Source: an uncultured Pseudomonadales bacterium (lineage in GTDB: Bacteria; Patescibacteriota; Microgenomatia; UBA1400; PJMF01). From it: DNA of 64,000 bases. The notes beneath the pieces are model-generated. The model searched no databases. It was not told the origin of the DNA and was given only the letters and a program-made list of their open reading frames with translations. The stretch covers positions 162,093 through 226,092 of the forward strand of contig CAZUHV010000003.1 in the NCBI GenBank assembly GCA_964620965.1. Direction: 5' to 3'. The position numbers and the translations under genes were made by a program. This document shows, in pieces, positions 37,917 through 48,047 of this stretch. Positions within the stretch are counted from its first letter, which is position 1. Each line of letters starts with the position of its first letter.

Positions 37917-38630
37917 CTAGAAAAACCAAAGGTTACTGAGTAGTTTGATAACAAACTCAATAATAGGTGTAATGAGGTGGGAGACAGCGCTTCTTGAGCT
38001 AAAAATTGGTAAAATAAGGAATAATAGTACCATTGTTGAGTAGCGATTCATGAAAATTTCGTATTCAAGCGCGGTTTCTTTAGGAAGTAGTGCTTGGAAA
38101 ATTTTACTTCCATCAAGTGGATAGACTGGAATTAGATTAAAGATTGCAAGCATAACATTGACAAAAATTGTGGTCACCAAAACAGTTCCAATCATGCCGT
38201 TAAGGTTGAAAATCCCGATAATCAAAGAAAGGAGTGTTGCAAGAATAATATTTGAAAGAGGTCCGGCAACTGCGATAAGGGCGATGTCTTTTTTAGGGTT
38301 TTTGAGGTTGAATGGGTCAAACATAACAGCTTTTCCCCAACCAAAACCAATTAACAGAATCGCAAGTGTTCCAAGTGGGTCTAAGTGAGCTCGAGGGTCT
38401 AAAGTAACTCTTCCCTGATATCTTGGAGTTGGGTCTCCAAGTTTATCTGCTACGAATGCATGTGCAAATTCATGAATAGTAACTGATACTACTAAGCCAA
38501 TCGCAACTAAAACAAAGCTGATTGGGTCTGTAAAGAGTAATGAAATAAGTCCTGTTCTCATATAGCTACCCATTATACAAAAATTTTGGCAGATAGAAAC
38601 CACTAGTGATAGTTTTTTAGAGGTTTGCAC
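37917..38630 (-). CDS. M50 family site-2 protease-like membrane metalloprotease
   Basis: HEFAHAF (HExxH) inside a TM helix; several TM segments; PLDGS-like motif downstream. Confidence 0.75.
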   Translation of the reverse strand: MQTSKKLSLVVSICQNFCIMGSYMRTGLISLLFTDPISFVLVAIGLVVSVTIHEFAHAFVADKLGDPTPRYQGRVTLDPRAHLDPLGTLAILLIGFGWGKAVMFDPFNLKNPKKDIALIAVAGPLSNIILATLLSLIIGIFNLNGMIGTVLVTTIFVNVMLAIFNLIPVYPLDGSKIFQALLPKETALEYEIFMNRYSTMVLLFLILPIFSSRSAVSHLITPIIEFVIKLLSNLWFF

Positions 38631-38728
38631 GGCTCAGAGTATTTAAAAGCATTACTACAACACAAGGCTTGAATACTACAAATTTCAGGTTTGATAAAAA
38701 TCAGTTTTAGTTGTATAATCAACAGCCT

Positions 38729-38941
38729 ATGTCAAGTTTTGCTTTTAAACACAAATCAGTTGCTCATGTTGGAAACAAAGTTTCCCATGCAAAAAATAGA
38801 ACAAAAAGAAGTTTCAAATACAATTTACACACTGTTACAGTGATTGTAGATGGAATGAAACAAAAAATGAGAGTTCCTACAAAAGTTTTAAGAACTCTTA
38901 AAAAAGCTGGTCTTACCACACACTGGACAAAACCAGAGTAA
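38729..38941 (+). CDS. rpmB: 50S ribosomal protein L28
   Basis: GNKVSHAKNRTKRSFKYNLH plus downstream V..G..K..V....LR.LKKAG match the L28 signature. TTGTATAAT lies 10 nt upstream of the chosen ATG. Confidence 0.7.
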   Translation: MSSFAFKHKSVAHVGNKVSHAKNRTKRSFKYNLHTVTVIVDGMKQKMRVPTKVLRTLKKAGLTTHWTKPE

Positions 38942-38965
38942 ATTTCTATAAAATTGATTTTTAGA

Positions 38966-38992
38966 TAACGCAACTAAGTTGCGTTATTTTTT
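38966..38992. terminator. Bidirectional terminator between rpmB and fmt
   Basis: AACGCAACTAAGTTGCGTT hairpin with a T-run. Confidence 0.7.
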
Positions 38993-39058
38993 GTGATTTT
39001 TTTATTGAAGAGTGGCAAAGCTGGGTGATAATTTCAACGTTGTGGATAACCTTATAAT

Positions 39059-40066
39059 TTAATCCAAAATAGAATTTTTTATAGCATCCCAAGAAGTAGG
39101 GTTTTTTCCCTCAATCTGAACAGAGAGGAGTATAAGTTTACCGGATTTGTATTCTGCTTCAAGCAGTTTCATACGTTTTTCTCCCTGATTGGTATTCACA
39201 AGAGTCCAAACTTGCGGCCAGTTTGCAAAAGCCTTAGTTGCTCTTTCTATAGTGAGCGGCACGCTTTGATTTTTTAAAACAGCTTCTTGTAAAACTATAG
39301 AAAATTGAGAATTTTTGAGTTCGTTTTCATCTAACATTTCCCCGTTTTTTTCTGGAAATAGTCCTTCAAGCGCTTTTTTTATGTAATCCCAAGAGATAAA
39401 AGTCTCATCTTTGGAAATAAGTTTTGCAGTTATAGTAGGAGAGGCATCTGGTTGTTGGGTACATGCTTCATGTTTTGTTTTAGGGTTTGTATATTTTTCT
39501 GCGAATGTTGCGATTTTTGTGTCTAGGTTAGTGCACATTAAATCAAATGCATGGGCATAGTAATCTGATTGATCCCAAGCTTGGTCGACAGTAAAAAAGT
39601 CCTGGTGGATTATTGGTCCGTGATCGAGTTTAGAATCCATAACCATCAAAGTTACTGCAGAGTTTGTTTCATTGAAAAGTAACGCAAACTGACCAGGAGA
39701 ACTTCCTCGCCATTTTGGAAGCTCTGAAGGATGAATATTTAATGGCGCAATACTTGGAACATCAAGAAGCCACTGTGGAATAATGTAACCAAAATCAACA
39801 ACGAGCAAGAAATCTGGCTTTTCAAGAGCTATGATTTGGTTTTTAACGATCTCATTAATTTTATTTTCAACGAAAACGGTTTGTATTTTATGTTCTGTAG
39901 CGAAAAGTTCCATTGGGTTTGGGGTAAGTATTTGTTTTCTTCCAACAGGTTTAGCTACAGGGGTCAGAATCCAAGATATTTCAAAGAGCTCGCTTTGGAA
40001 AAGGGAGTTGGCGCATTGTTGTGTTCTGCTAGTAGTTCCTGCAATTGCGATACTGTATTTTTTCAT
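39059..40066 (-). CDS. fmt: Methionyl-tRNA formyltransferase
   Basis: HPSELPKWRGSSP (the HPSLLPKYRG motif) and the C-terminal domain. Synteny with def. Confidence 0.9.
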   Translation of the reverse strand: MKKYSIAIAGTTSRTQQCANSLFQSELFEISWILTPVAKPVGRKQILTPNPMELFATEHKIQTVFVENKINEIVKNQIIALEKPDFLLVVDFGYIIPQWLLDVPSIAPLNIHPSELPKWRGSSPGQFALLFNETNSAVTLMVMDSKLDHGPIIHQDFFTVDQAWDQSDYYAHAFDLMCTNLDTKIATFAEKYTNPKTKHEACTQQPDASPTITAKLISKDETFISWDYIKKALEGLFPEKNGEMLDENELKNSQFSIVLQEAVLKNQSVPLTIERATKAFANWPQVWTLVNTNQGEKRMKLLEAEYKSGKLILLSVQIEGKNPTSWDAIKNSILD

Positions 40067-40120
40067 TCACTCTTATCAATTTTTTTTATTTGACTGTATT
40101 TAGGCAAATCACTTTCAACT

Positions 40121-40669
40121 TTAAAATAATTTTAGAATTTCGTGATCAACTTCCTTGAACTTATCTTTTTGGTACTCTTTATAAACAGGAAGATCAAATT
40201 CAAGTGCGTAGTCTGTAAAGAGGATTCCATCTAGGTGGTCTAATTCATGTTGGAAAACGCGAGCTTCGAAGGCTTCGAAGCGAGCAGAGTGGTTCACTAA
40301 CTTCTCATCTTCAAGTATTTGAAACTCAGCATCAACCCATTCCCAACGAGGAACAGGCCCGTATAATTCTGGCATGGAAAGGCACCCTTCCATAATTGGA
40401 TCTTCTGGATCTGGTCCAAAAGTAGTCTTTGAGCTTGTTTTTATAATTTTTGGGTTGATATAGGTTTGTAATCCATTGACGTTCATACAGAATGCTCTAA
40501 TAGAAGTATCAACCTGTGGAGCAGCAAGGCCAACTCCTCTTGGATTTCTTTTTTTATCGAGTGTTTCTTCTAATTCCGCCACGAACCTAATGAGTTTTTT
40601 GTCAACTTTTGTAATGTCTTTTGCGACTTTTCTTAAGCTTTCGTGTGGTATTTCAATTATTTTTTTCAC
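40121..40669 (-). CDS. def: Peptide deformylase
   Basis: GVGLAAPQV, EGCLSMP and QHELDHLDG, the three PDF motifs. Confidence 0.9.
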   Translation of the reverse strand: MKKIIEIPHESLRKVAKDITKVDKKLIRFVAELEETLDKKRNPRGVGLAAPQVDTSIRAFCMNVNGLQTYINPKIIKTSSKTTFGPDPEDPIMEGCLSMPELYGPVPRWEWVDAEFQILEDEKLVNHSARFEAFEARVFQHELDHLDGILFTDYALEFDLPVYKEYQKDKFKEVDHEILKLF

Positions 40670-40684
40670 TTGAGTATTATATCA

Positions 40685-42868
40685 TTACTTCTGGTTTGCT
40701 TGCATTTCTTTAAGAACAGAAATTCTTTCAAGCACTTCGGCATTACCTGGACTAATATGTTCTAGAATAGTTTCTAAAGGTGCAATAGCTTTGTCATACT
40801 GTTCCAAAGATTGGTAGACTTCACTCAATTTTAAGTATGGTCTTTCATAGTCTGGTTTCAGTGTGATTGCTTCATTATATAATCGTACAGCTTCTTCAAG
40901 GTTTTCGTTTGTGTGTTCAATCACAGCCAGGGTGTACACAAGTTTTGGGTCTGTTGGAGAGAGTTCCATTGCTTTTAATAAAGTTGCTTTTGCATCTTCA
41001 AGGTACATTTCATCAAGTTGAGAAAGCGTCACCATTACTCGAGCTCTTGTTTTGTAAAAATTTAAGTGACGATCGTTTAGTTTGAGTGTTTCATTGCTTG
41101 CTGCTATGGTTTGTTCTGCCATTTGGGCTGCGGCTGTTGCTTCTCCAATGTTTGCAAAGTGTACTGCTAACTTTGCATAGTCATCACTTAAAGTATCAAA
41201 AAAAAGTGCTTCATTTGGAGATCTAGAGATAGATTCGAGCATTTTTTGAACTCCATACTGGTATTGTCCGGCATTAAAGTAGTTTTTACCTTGTGCGTAT
41301 GCTTTGTCAGCTGCCCAATAGTTGTATACTCTAAAGAGCAAAACAAGAGTGATAATTCCTACCAAAGTTAATCCAAAGTATTGTGAACCTTCATTGATTA
41401 CATAAGTTGTTCTTTTTTTATTTTTTACGCTTTCCTTATCTTCTTTTACATTTGAATAAATAATTGCTGTTATTGCAAAATATAGGTACATGAGCACGTT
41501 TACAGCAACAGTAGAGAAGCCAAAAAAGTTTGAGATAAACAGCGCAATTTGTCCAGAATAAAGGGCAAGGGCAATAAGTTTTTCTGTAGCTTCGTATTTT
41601 TTAAGTATGCTAATTTTGACAGTCATGATTGTGATAACGATAAAAATACTTAAGTAGGTAATAAGTCCAATAGTTCCGGTAGTAGCCATCAAGTTTAAAA
41701 GTTCGTTATGTGCCTTGTTGTATAAAAAATCCCACTCGGAAACATTGTTATGTTCTATAGTCCTGTCTTGGTAATAACTATAGGCGAAGGTTTCTACCCC
41801 AGATCCAATGATTGGATATCGTTGCCAAACTTTAAAAGCTCCTGTCCACACTATTTTTCTAATTTCTCCAGAGTCGGTACCGCCCTGATCTAGACGGTTA
41901 ACTACAATCTCTGGAGTTTGTGTTGGTTGGGGATCTTGATCTAAGTTTTGAGATACTTCAGAGGTTTGAGCTGAATCTTTTTGAAAGAGCTCAAAAAAAC
42001 TTGGAGTAAAGCTTGTTCCATTAAAAAGTACAAAGCCAAAAATACAAAGAGCAATGATTCCAAGTGAAGGAAAGTGGAATTTTTTGAACAGTTCTTTTTT
42101 TGATTGTAAGTAGAGTGTTCCAACCCCTAAAGCAAAGATGACTAATCCAACACCTAACCCAAGAATTCCAGATCTGGATCTGGTATATAAAAGGACCAAG
42201 AATAGGGCAAGAGTAGTAATTAGAAAGAGTATTCTTTTAGCTATTGGTAATTTATGTTGAATTGTTGCGATAAACGAAAGTGGAAACAGAGTTATTACGT
42301 ATGCTGCTAGCCAGTTAGGTTGGCCAAAGCTCGCAAATACTCTTGATTGAACGTCTTGAACCCAGCAATCAACACCAAAAGATCTGTTTCCAGCAACAAA
42401 CAAACAACTTAAGGAATGCCCAAAGTGTTCAAGAATTCCATATAAAGAAACTAATAATCCGGAGGCAAAGGTGCTCAAAAAGAAACTTCCCAGATCTTTT
42501 TTATTTATATTACTTACAAATGCATAGAAAAGTACTATGTAGGAAATTGTTGAAAAAAGTCCACCATTAAATCGGGAGTAATACCCAAACCATGAAGTAT
42601 AGGGGTGTATGGAAAAGATTGTTGAAATAAATTGAGAGAACAGAAACGCAAGTATTGGTAAGTCTAGGGGAGTCTTTTTAATAATCAAGCGTTTTTCAAA
42701 TATCATTCTTAGAACCCAGAGAAAGCCAATTATTATGGTAAGGGCATAGACGAGTATCATTTTGTTGAATTCGAATAGCTCTTCGTTTACGAATCTAAAG
42801 TACAGCGGAACGCTAAAAATTAAAAGATTAAAGGCACTAACAATAAGAAATTTTGGAGTAATTTTCAT
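40685..42868 (-). CDS. Polytopic membrane protein with an O-antigen-ligase (Wzy_C)-like domain fused to C-terminal TPR repeats
   Basis: About 12 TM helices, a Wzy_C-like loop (LLYTRSRSGILGLGVG), and TPR-like repeats in the last 250 aa. Confidence 0.6.
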   Translation of the reverse strand: MKITPKFLIVSAFNLLIFSVPLYFRFVNEELFEFNKMILVYALTIIIGFLWVLRMIFEKRLIIKKTPLDLPILAFLFSQFISTIFSIHPYTSWFGYYSRFNGGLFSTISYIVLFYAFVSNINKKDLGSFFLSTFASGLLVSLYGILEHFGHSLSCLFVAGNRSFGVDCWVQDVQSRVFASFGQPNWLAAYVITLFPLSFIATIQHKLPIAKRILFLITTLALFLVLLYTRSRSGILGLGVGLVIFALGVGTLYLQSKKELFKKFHFPSLGIIALCIFGFVLFNGTSFTPSFFELFQKDSAQTSEVSQNLDQDPQPTQTPEIVVNRLDQGGTDSGEIRKIVWTGAFKVWQRYPIIGSGVETFAYSYYQDRTIEHNNVSEWDFLYNKAHNELLNLMATTGTIGLITYLSIFIVITIMTVKISILKKYEATEKLIALALYSGQIALFISNFFGFSTVAVNVLMYLYFAITAIIYSNVKEDKESVKNKKRTTYVINEGSQYFGLTLVGIITLVLLFRVYNYWAADKAYAQGKNYFNAGQYQYGVQKMLESISRSPNEALFFDTLSDDYAKLAVHFANIGEATAAAQMAEQTIAASNETLKLNDRHLNFYKTRARVMVTLSQLDEMYLEDAKATLLKAMELSPTDPKLVYTLAVIEHTNENLEEAVRLYNEAITLKPDYERPYLKLSEVYQSLEQYDKAIAPLETILEHISPGNAEVLERISVLKEMQANQK

Positions 42869-43002
42869 ACTATATGTTATAGACTACCACATACTCAATA
42901 TTTTTTAATTTGGATATTTTCAAAACCCTAAAAAAACTGCTATAGTTGTATTAGAAGCAAAGACAACTTTGCTTATAGTTTCGTAAAGTAAATAAGGAAA
43001 TT

Positions 43003-43692
43003 ATGAACGATCAAACTGCCCAAAATCCGCAAACAAGTGTTTCTTATGTTGATGACTACGTGCCACCAACAGACGATGCAACAACTCCTACATCAGATCA
43101 GACTGCTTACCAAGCAACAACTTCACCAGTATCACAAGACAGTTCTGTCGTGAATTCAACAGATGATTCAAATGACGATATCGATCTAGAAGAAACCCTT
43201 GCAGGAACTGATGAAAATTCAGAAGGTATGGATATTTCAGACGAAGACATTGAAGCTCAGAATATTTTTGAGATGCTTGGGGTTGAAGGTGGTAATGAAG
43301 ATTTAAAAGAAAAGTTTTTAGATCAATTACAAGATGTGATTTGGGACGATTTTTTGGCAAATGATGTGCAATTATTGCTTTCAGAATCCGAAAACACAGA
43401 ATTTCAAACATACAAATCCAAAGCTGACTCAGCTGCAGAAGGTGATGCAAAGGAACAAGCAAAAGATGAAATGGTTGAGTATCTTGAGAAGTTAGTTCCA
43501 GATCTCGAAGATATTATGCTAGAAAAAGCACTTGACCTTAAAGCAGATCTTTTTGTCGAAAGAATTAATGGTCTTAAGGAATATTTCACTGAAAAACCAG
43601 ATCAGTTCGCAAAAGTAAACGAAGCAGAACAGATGATGTTTGAGGATAAATGGAAATCTGCAGCAGAGCTTTTGAACTCTCTTACTGACTAA
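43003..43692 (+). CDS. Highly acidic hypothetical protein (229 aa) upstream of mreB
   Basis: D/E/T-rich disordered N-terminus and a helical C-terminus. Confidence 0.45.
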   Translation: MNDQTAQNPQTSVSYVDDYVPPTDDATTPTSDQTAYQATTSPVSQDSSVVNSTDDSNDDIDLEETLAGTDENSEGMDISDEDIEAQNIFEMLGVEGGNEDLKEKFLDQLQDVIWDDFLANDVQLLLSESENTEFQTYKSKADSAAEGDAKEQAKDEMVEYLEKLVPDLEDIMLEKALDLKADLFVERINGLKEYFTEKPDQFAKVNEAEQMMFEDKWKSAAELLNSLTD

Positions 43693-43719
43693 AGCCAGTA
43701 AGTCTTATATACTAGCCCC

Positions 43720-44721
43720 ATGAAAGCGTTAGGAGTGGTGCAATCTTTATTTCTCAAAAAGGCAGAACCTGTTCTGATTGATCTTGGATCTTCCTACACT
43801 CGAATCTATCTTGGTGAAAAAGAAGCTTTCAATGGGGCAACTTGTATTGCAGTTCACACAAACTCAGAATCTGTGGTTGCTGTAGGAAACAAGGCTTTGC
43901 AGTTATTGGGTAAAACGCCCGATTCGGTAGAGATCAGTTTTCCTGTTTTAAATGGAGAGGTTGCTCACACAAGATATTTAGAATTATTTTTAACTGCCAT
44001 ATTAAAGGAAGCACTTTCAGAATTGAATATCCAAAGAGGTTTATTTGGTTTAACTGCAAAAGTCGCGATTCCCAATTCGCTTGCTCCAGCAAAAAAGAAT
44101 TTGTTAAAAGGAATTCTTAAAACTGTTGGTTTTAATAAGATAACATTCATAGGAAGTGGTTTTATTATTGCCAAGAACATTGCAAAAAATGATAGTAAGT
44201 TACGAGATATTTGTGTGTTAGATATTGGGGCTCAAAAATCAGAGATATCGATTTTTTCATTAGGAGAGCTTGTATATGCACAATCATATAGGTGGGGAGG
44301 AGTGTTTTTAACAGAGAGCTTGCAGAAAATTGTTAGAAGTAAACATAACTGTGTGGTTGGATGGCATGTAGCAGAGGATGCTAAAAAGGAAATTGGAAGT
44401 TTTGTTACAACAAAAGAAAAGCTTGCAATTAGAGGAAAAGACCTTGTGAGTCAGGCCAGTAAAACTGTTATTATAGATAGTACTGACATTAAAGGTGAGT
44501 TTTCGAAATTACTTGACGAACTACTAGATGATATTCAACAGTTTATCTCGTTGTTGCCTTCAGAAGTAGCAATCTCGGTGTTAGATAAAGGAATTTACTT
44601 AACTGGAGGTACTAGCCAAATAGAGGGAATTGACCAAGCAGTGATTGAAAAATTTAAGTGTGATGTTTTGGTTTCAACTCGACCACAAATGGATGTGATC
44701 ATTGGACTACAAGCTCTTTGA
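43720..44721 (+). CDS. mreB: Rod-shape protein MreB (paralog 2, in a mreBCD-PBP2 operon)
   Basis: LIDLGSSYTRIY, LTGGTSQIEG; operon context. Confidence 0.8.
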   Translation: MKALGVVQSLFLKKAEPVLIDLGSSYTRIYLGEKEAFNGATCIAVHTNSESVVAVGNKALQLLGKTPDSVEISFPVLNGEVAHTRYLELFLTAILKEALSELNIQRGLFGLTAKVAIPNSLAPAKKNLLKGILKTVGFNKITFIGSGFIIAKNIAKNDSKLRDICVLDIGAQKSEISIFSLGELVYAQSYRWGGVFLTESLQKIVRSKHNCVVGWHVAEDAKKEIGSFVTTKEKLAIRGKDLVSQASKTVIIDSTDIKGEFSKLLDELLDDIQQFISLLPSEVAISVLDKGIYLTGGTSQIEGIDQAVIEKFKCDVLVSTRPQMDVIIGLQAL

Positions 44722-45499
44722 GCAGAGTTTAAGTAGGAATAGTATGAAAAAAGAACCAGCAATTTTTATAGGTATTATATTTTTATGTGGATTGTTTGAG
44801 TTTGTTGGTTGGTTTGATTGGTTTAGAAATCTTTCTCAAAAAATAAGTGCTCCAGTTTTAGCATATAACGTAAGGTTGATAGAAAAAGCTGCTCGACCAT
44901 ATGAAGCAGTGGTGTTTAATTTTACAAAATCAAAGTACCTTAAGCAGGTTGAGGCAAATTATGCTCAAGCACTGTCTCAGTTAAATGAATTGGATGTGCT
45001 TCGTGCAGAAAATGCCGAGCTTCGAAAACTGCTTGGAACTAGTGACAGAAAAATAGATGAAAAAATAATAGTTGGAGCTCCGATTGTTTCTCTTGCATAT
45101 CCAGCAGTCGGGATAGGTTCTGTAGACGGAGTTCAAGTCAATGACATGGTTTTGATAGATAAAGTTTTGGTTGGCACAGTTGATACTGTTACGGAGTATC
45201 AATCAAAGGTTGCTTTGCTCACAACAAAGAGAAAAAACAGAATTTTGGCGCGAACAGAGAGTGGAGTCGAAGGAGTAATTGATGGAGACGGAAGAAACGT
45301 TTTATTAACACACATTCCCCGATCTACTCAGTTGCAAGAAGGAGAGCGCGTGGTTACAGTTGGTCAGGAAGGAATAGAAAAAAATGTGTTGATTGGAACA
45401 GTTCAAAAAGCTACGACAAATCCATCTGACTCAACAAATACGTATGTAGTTTCTCAGCTCGTCTCGTTTTATAATGCAGTTTTAGTGGAGGTGAAATAA
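44702..45499 (+). CDS. mreC: Rod-shape protein MreC
   Basis: N-terminal TM, a coiled-coil (ENAELRKLLG) and a beta-barrel region. Confidence 0.7.
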   Translation: MDYKLFEQSLSRNSMKKEPAIFIGIIFLCGLFEFVGWFDWFRNLSQKISAPVLAYNVRLIEKAARPYEAVVFNFTKSKYLKQVEANYAQALSQLNELDVLRAENAELRKLLGTSDRKIDEKIIVGAPIVSLAYPAVGIGSVDGVQVNDMVLIDKVLVGTVDTVTEYQSKVALLTTKRKNRILARTESGVEGVIDGDGRNVLLTHIPRSTQLQEGERVVTVGQEGIEKNVLIGTVQKATTNPSDSTNTYVVSQLVSFYNAVLVEVK

Positions 45500-45505
45500 A
45501 GCTAT

Positions 45506-45979
45506 ATGGTTTTAGTGTATAGAATTTTAGAAGTACTACTTAAGTTGGCAACACTATTTTTTGTAATAGCATTTGAGAGAGTTATCGGGTTTCCTGTGTT
45601 GTTTTTGACTTTTGCTGTTTCTTTTTTATTGTTTTCGCACTCTTTTAGTAGATACATTATTTTTGTTGGAGCAGCGTTTTTACTTGCAATTTTTTATCAG
45701 TTAGCTTTTATTTTAAGTTTCATCTTGCTTGCGGCTTTTTATTTAGGGTTTGTTTTAGGTGGGCAGTTTCTAGAATCAAACTTAAACAGATTCCTAATTT
45801 TGTTGAGCGCTGTAATCGTTTTAATTGCTCTATTGGCATCAATAGAGATTCATACTTTTGTGGTGGTTCAAGCTATTGCCGGAGTTTTTGTTTCAGCTGT
45901 TTTTTTGGTGAAGTTTTTATTTGTTCGATATGGGTTTTTAGGAACAAAAATGAGCTCTCGTCAGAGTTTCTTTAAATAG
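45506..45979 (+). CDS. mreD: Rod-shape protein MreD-like membrane protein
   Basis: Small multi-TM protein between mreC and PBP2. Confidence 0.5.
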   Translation: MVLVYRILEVLLKLATLFFVIAFERVIGFPVLFLTFAVSFLLFSHSFSRYIIFVGAAFLLAIFYQLAFILSFILLAAFYLGFVLGGQFLESNLNRFLILLSAVIVLIALLASIEIHTFVVVQAIAGVFVSAVFLVKFLFVRYGFLGTKMSSRQSFFK

Positions 45980-45982
45980 TGA

Positions 45983-47962
45983 GTGCTAGTTATGAAACAA
46001 CAAAAATATTCTAATCGAGGAAAAATCCTTTTTTTATATGGGTTCATGGTTTTTATTGTTACTAGTTTATGTATCCGTCTAATTGATACACAAATTGTGA
46101 ACGGTAAATTGTTTGCAGATTTAGCTGATGGAAACAGAATGTATATTGTTTCTGAACCAGAAGAAAGAGGAGTGCTACTTGATAGGTACTTAGAGCCATT
46201 GGTGTTTAATAAACCAGTGTATTACAAGCTGGATACTTCGGACACTTTATATAGTGAAAAACAAAGAATTAGCAGAGAAGAAGCGTTACAAATTATGGCA
46301 ACTGATCCTGATTTGATCCGTGTTGAACATGAAAGGGAGTATCGATATCCAGAGTCGTTAGCGCATGTCATTGGATATATTGGTAGTGTAACGGCGGATG
46401 ATTTATTGGCAGACAGTAGTTTGCATATCAGCGATAAAATTGGCAAGATTGGTTTGGAGTATAAATTGCAGGATTTTCTAAAAGGTGAAAATGGTTTCAA
46501 AAAGTTTGAAATTAACGCAATGGGCGAAAAACAACATCTTGTTGCTGAAGACTTAGGAATAGAGGGACAGTCAGTGCCAACAACGATAGACCCCTATTTA
46601 TCTGAAGTTGCCTATAAAGCAATGGGAGACAAGCTTGGAAGCGTTGTAATTCTTGATGGAGAAACAGGAGAAGTCTTAAGTTTAGTAAGTACCCCGAGTT
46701 TTGACCTGAGGTATTTTGCGGAATCGCAAGGCACAACTGAAGGGGAAGTGGAGCGAATTAAAAAAATCCAGTCCTTCTTTTCTCATCCACAGAAACTTTT
46801 TTTTAATCGTGCAGTGAGTGGGGCATATCCTCCAGGCTCTGTTTTTAAGCTTATTACAGCTTTGTCTGGTTTAGAAAATCAAAAAATCACTGCAAACACA
46901 ACTGTTCGTGATGAAGGGGTGCTTGAAGTTGGTGAGTATTCATACGCAAATTGGTATTTTACCCAATATGGTAGGGTAGAAGGAGATATTAATCTCGAGA
47001 AATCGATAGCTCGAAGTAATGATATTTTTTTCTATAAGGTTGCGGAGTGGGTCGGTCCAGAGAAAATTAAGGAAATGGCAGAGTTGTTTGGATTAGGTAA
47101 GAAAACTGGAGTTCAGCTCCAGGCAGAAAGTGAAGGTTTAATTCCAGATCCAGAATGGAAACAAGCAACACTTGGGGAGCGTTGGTTTTTGGGAAATACC
47201 TATCATTTTGGCATTGGTCAGGGAGATTTATTAGTTTCTCCGATTCAAATTGCTCAAATGGTTCAAGGAATAACAAACAAAGGGACACTTTGTGCTCCTA
47301 CCTTAGTGAAAGACTCTTTTAGATTAGGATATGTGAGTGAAGATCGTTGTGGGGAAGTTGGTGTTTTAAGGGAAAACCTTGATATTGTTGTTAAGGGAAT
47401 GCTTGATGCTTGTAGTACGGGAGGAACAGGCTTTCCATTTTTTAGTTATAACACTAAGGTTAGAAATCAAGAGTCGAATGCATATGATGAAATTGATGCA
47501 GGAGCGGTTGCTTGTAAGACTGGAACCTCAGAGTTTGGCTCTGCAGATTCTCGAGGATACAGAAAGACACATGGTTGGTTTGTAGCAAGTTTTGGTACTA
47601 AAAACCTCATAAACGAGCTTAAAAAACAGTATTCTGATGAGCTTGATTTGGAGGAAACAGATCTAGTCAGTAGTGATGAGGCAGAATTGGCGAGTGAAAG
47701 TGCTGTAGTGGTCAGTTCTGGAGAGAACTCTGCAATTGCGAGATCAGACAAACAATCCTGGAGAGAAAATGTGATTAAAAATGGATTTCCAGAAAAGTTA
47801 GTCATTGTTGTTTTGGTCGAAAGTGACGAGGTCAATCCTTATAAAGAAGGGTCAAAAGATGCTGGACCCGTTGCGAAAGAAATTTTTGATTGGATGTTTA
47901 GTGACGTTTCAGGCTTGGTTGGCCAAGATCTAGATGCAATTCCAGAGTATTCTCGAGAATAA
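45983..47962 (+). CDS. mrdA: Penicillin-binding protein 2 (class B transpeptidase)
   Basis: SVFK (SxxK), SND and KTGT motifs; N-terminal TM. Confidence 0.85.
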   Translation: MLVMKQQKYSNRGKILFLYGFMVFIVTSLCIRLIDTQIVNGKLFADLADGNRMYIVSEPEERGVLLDRYLEPLVFNKPVYYKLDTSDTLYSEKQRISREEALQIMATDPDLIRVEHEREYRYPESLAHVIGYIGSVTADDLLADSSLHISDKIGKIGLEYKLQDFLKGENGFKKFEINAMGEKQHLVAEDLGIEGQSVPTTIDPYLSEVAYKAMGDKLGSVVILDGETGEVLSLVSTPSFDLRYFAESQGTTEGEVERIKKIQSFFSHPQKLFFNRAVSGAYPPGSVFKLITALSGLENQKITANTTVRDEGVLEVGEYSYANWYFTQYGRVEGDINLEKSIARSNDIFFYKVAEWVGPEKIKEMAELFGLGKKTGVQLQAESEGLIPDPEWKQATLGERWFLGNTYHFGIGQGDLLVSPIQIAQMVQGITNKGTLCAPTLVKDSFRLGYVSEDRCGEVGVLRENLDIVVKGMLDACSTGGTGFPFFSYNTKVRNQESNAYDEIDAGAVACKTGTSEFGSADSRGYRKTHGWFVASFGTKNLINELKKQYSDELDLEETDLVSSDEAELASESAVVVSSGENSAIARSDKQSWRENVIKNGFPEKLVIVVLVESDEVNPYKEGSKDAGPVAKEIFDWMFSDVSGLVGQDLDAIPEYSRE

Positions 47963-48047
47963 TTACTGCGGTTTGTTTCCAGATTATACAGGTTTACGTT
48001 TGCGTCGTTACAGATAGATGTAAGATTCTTTATATAGTATCTGTGTT

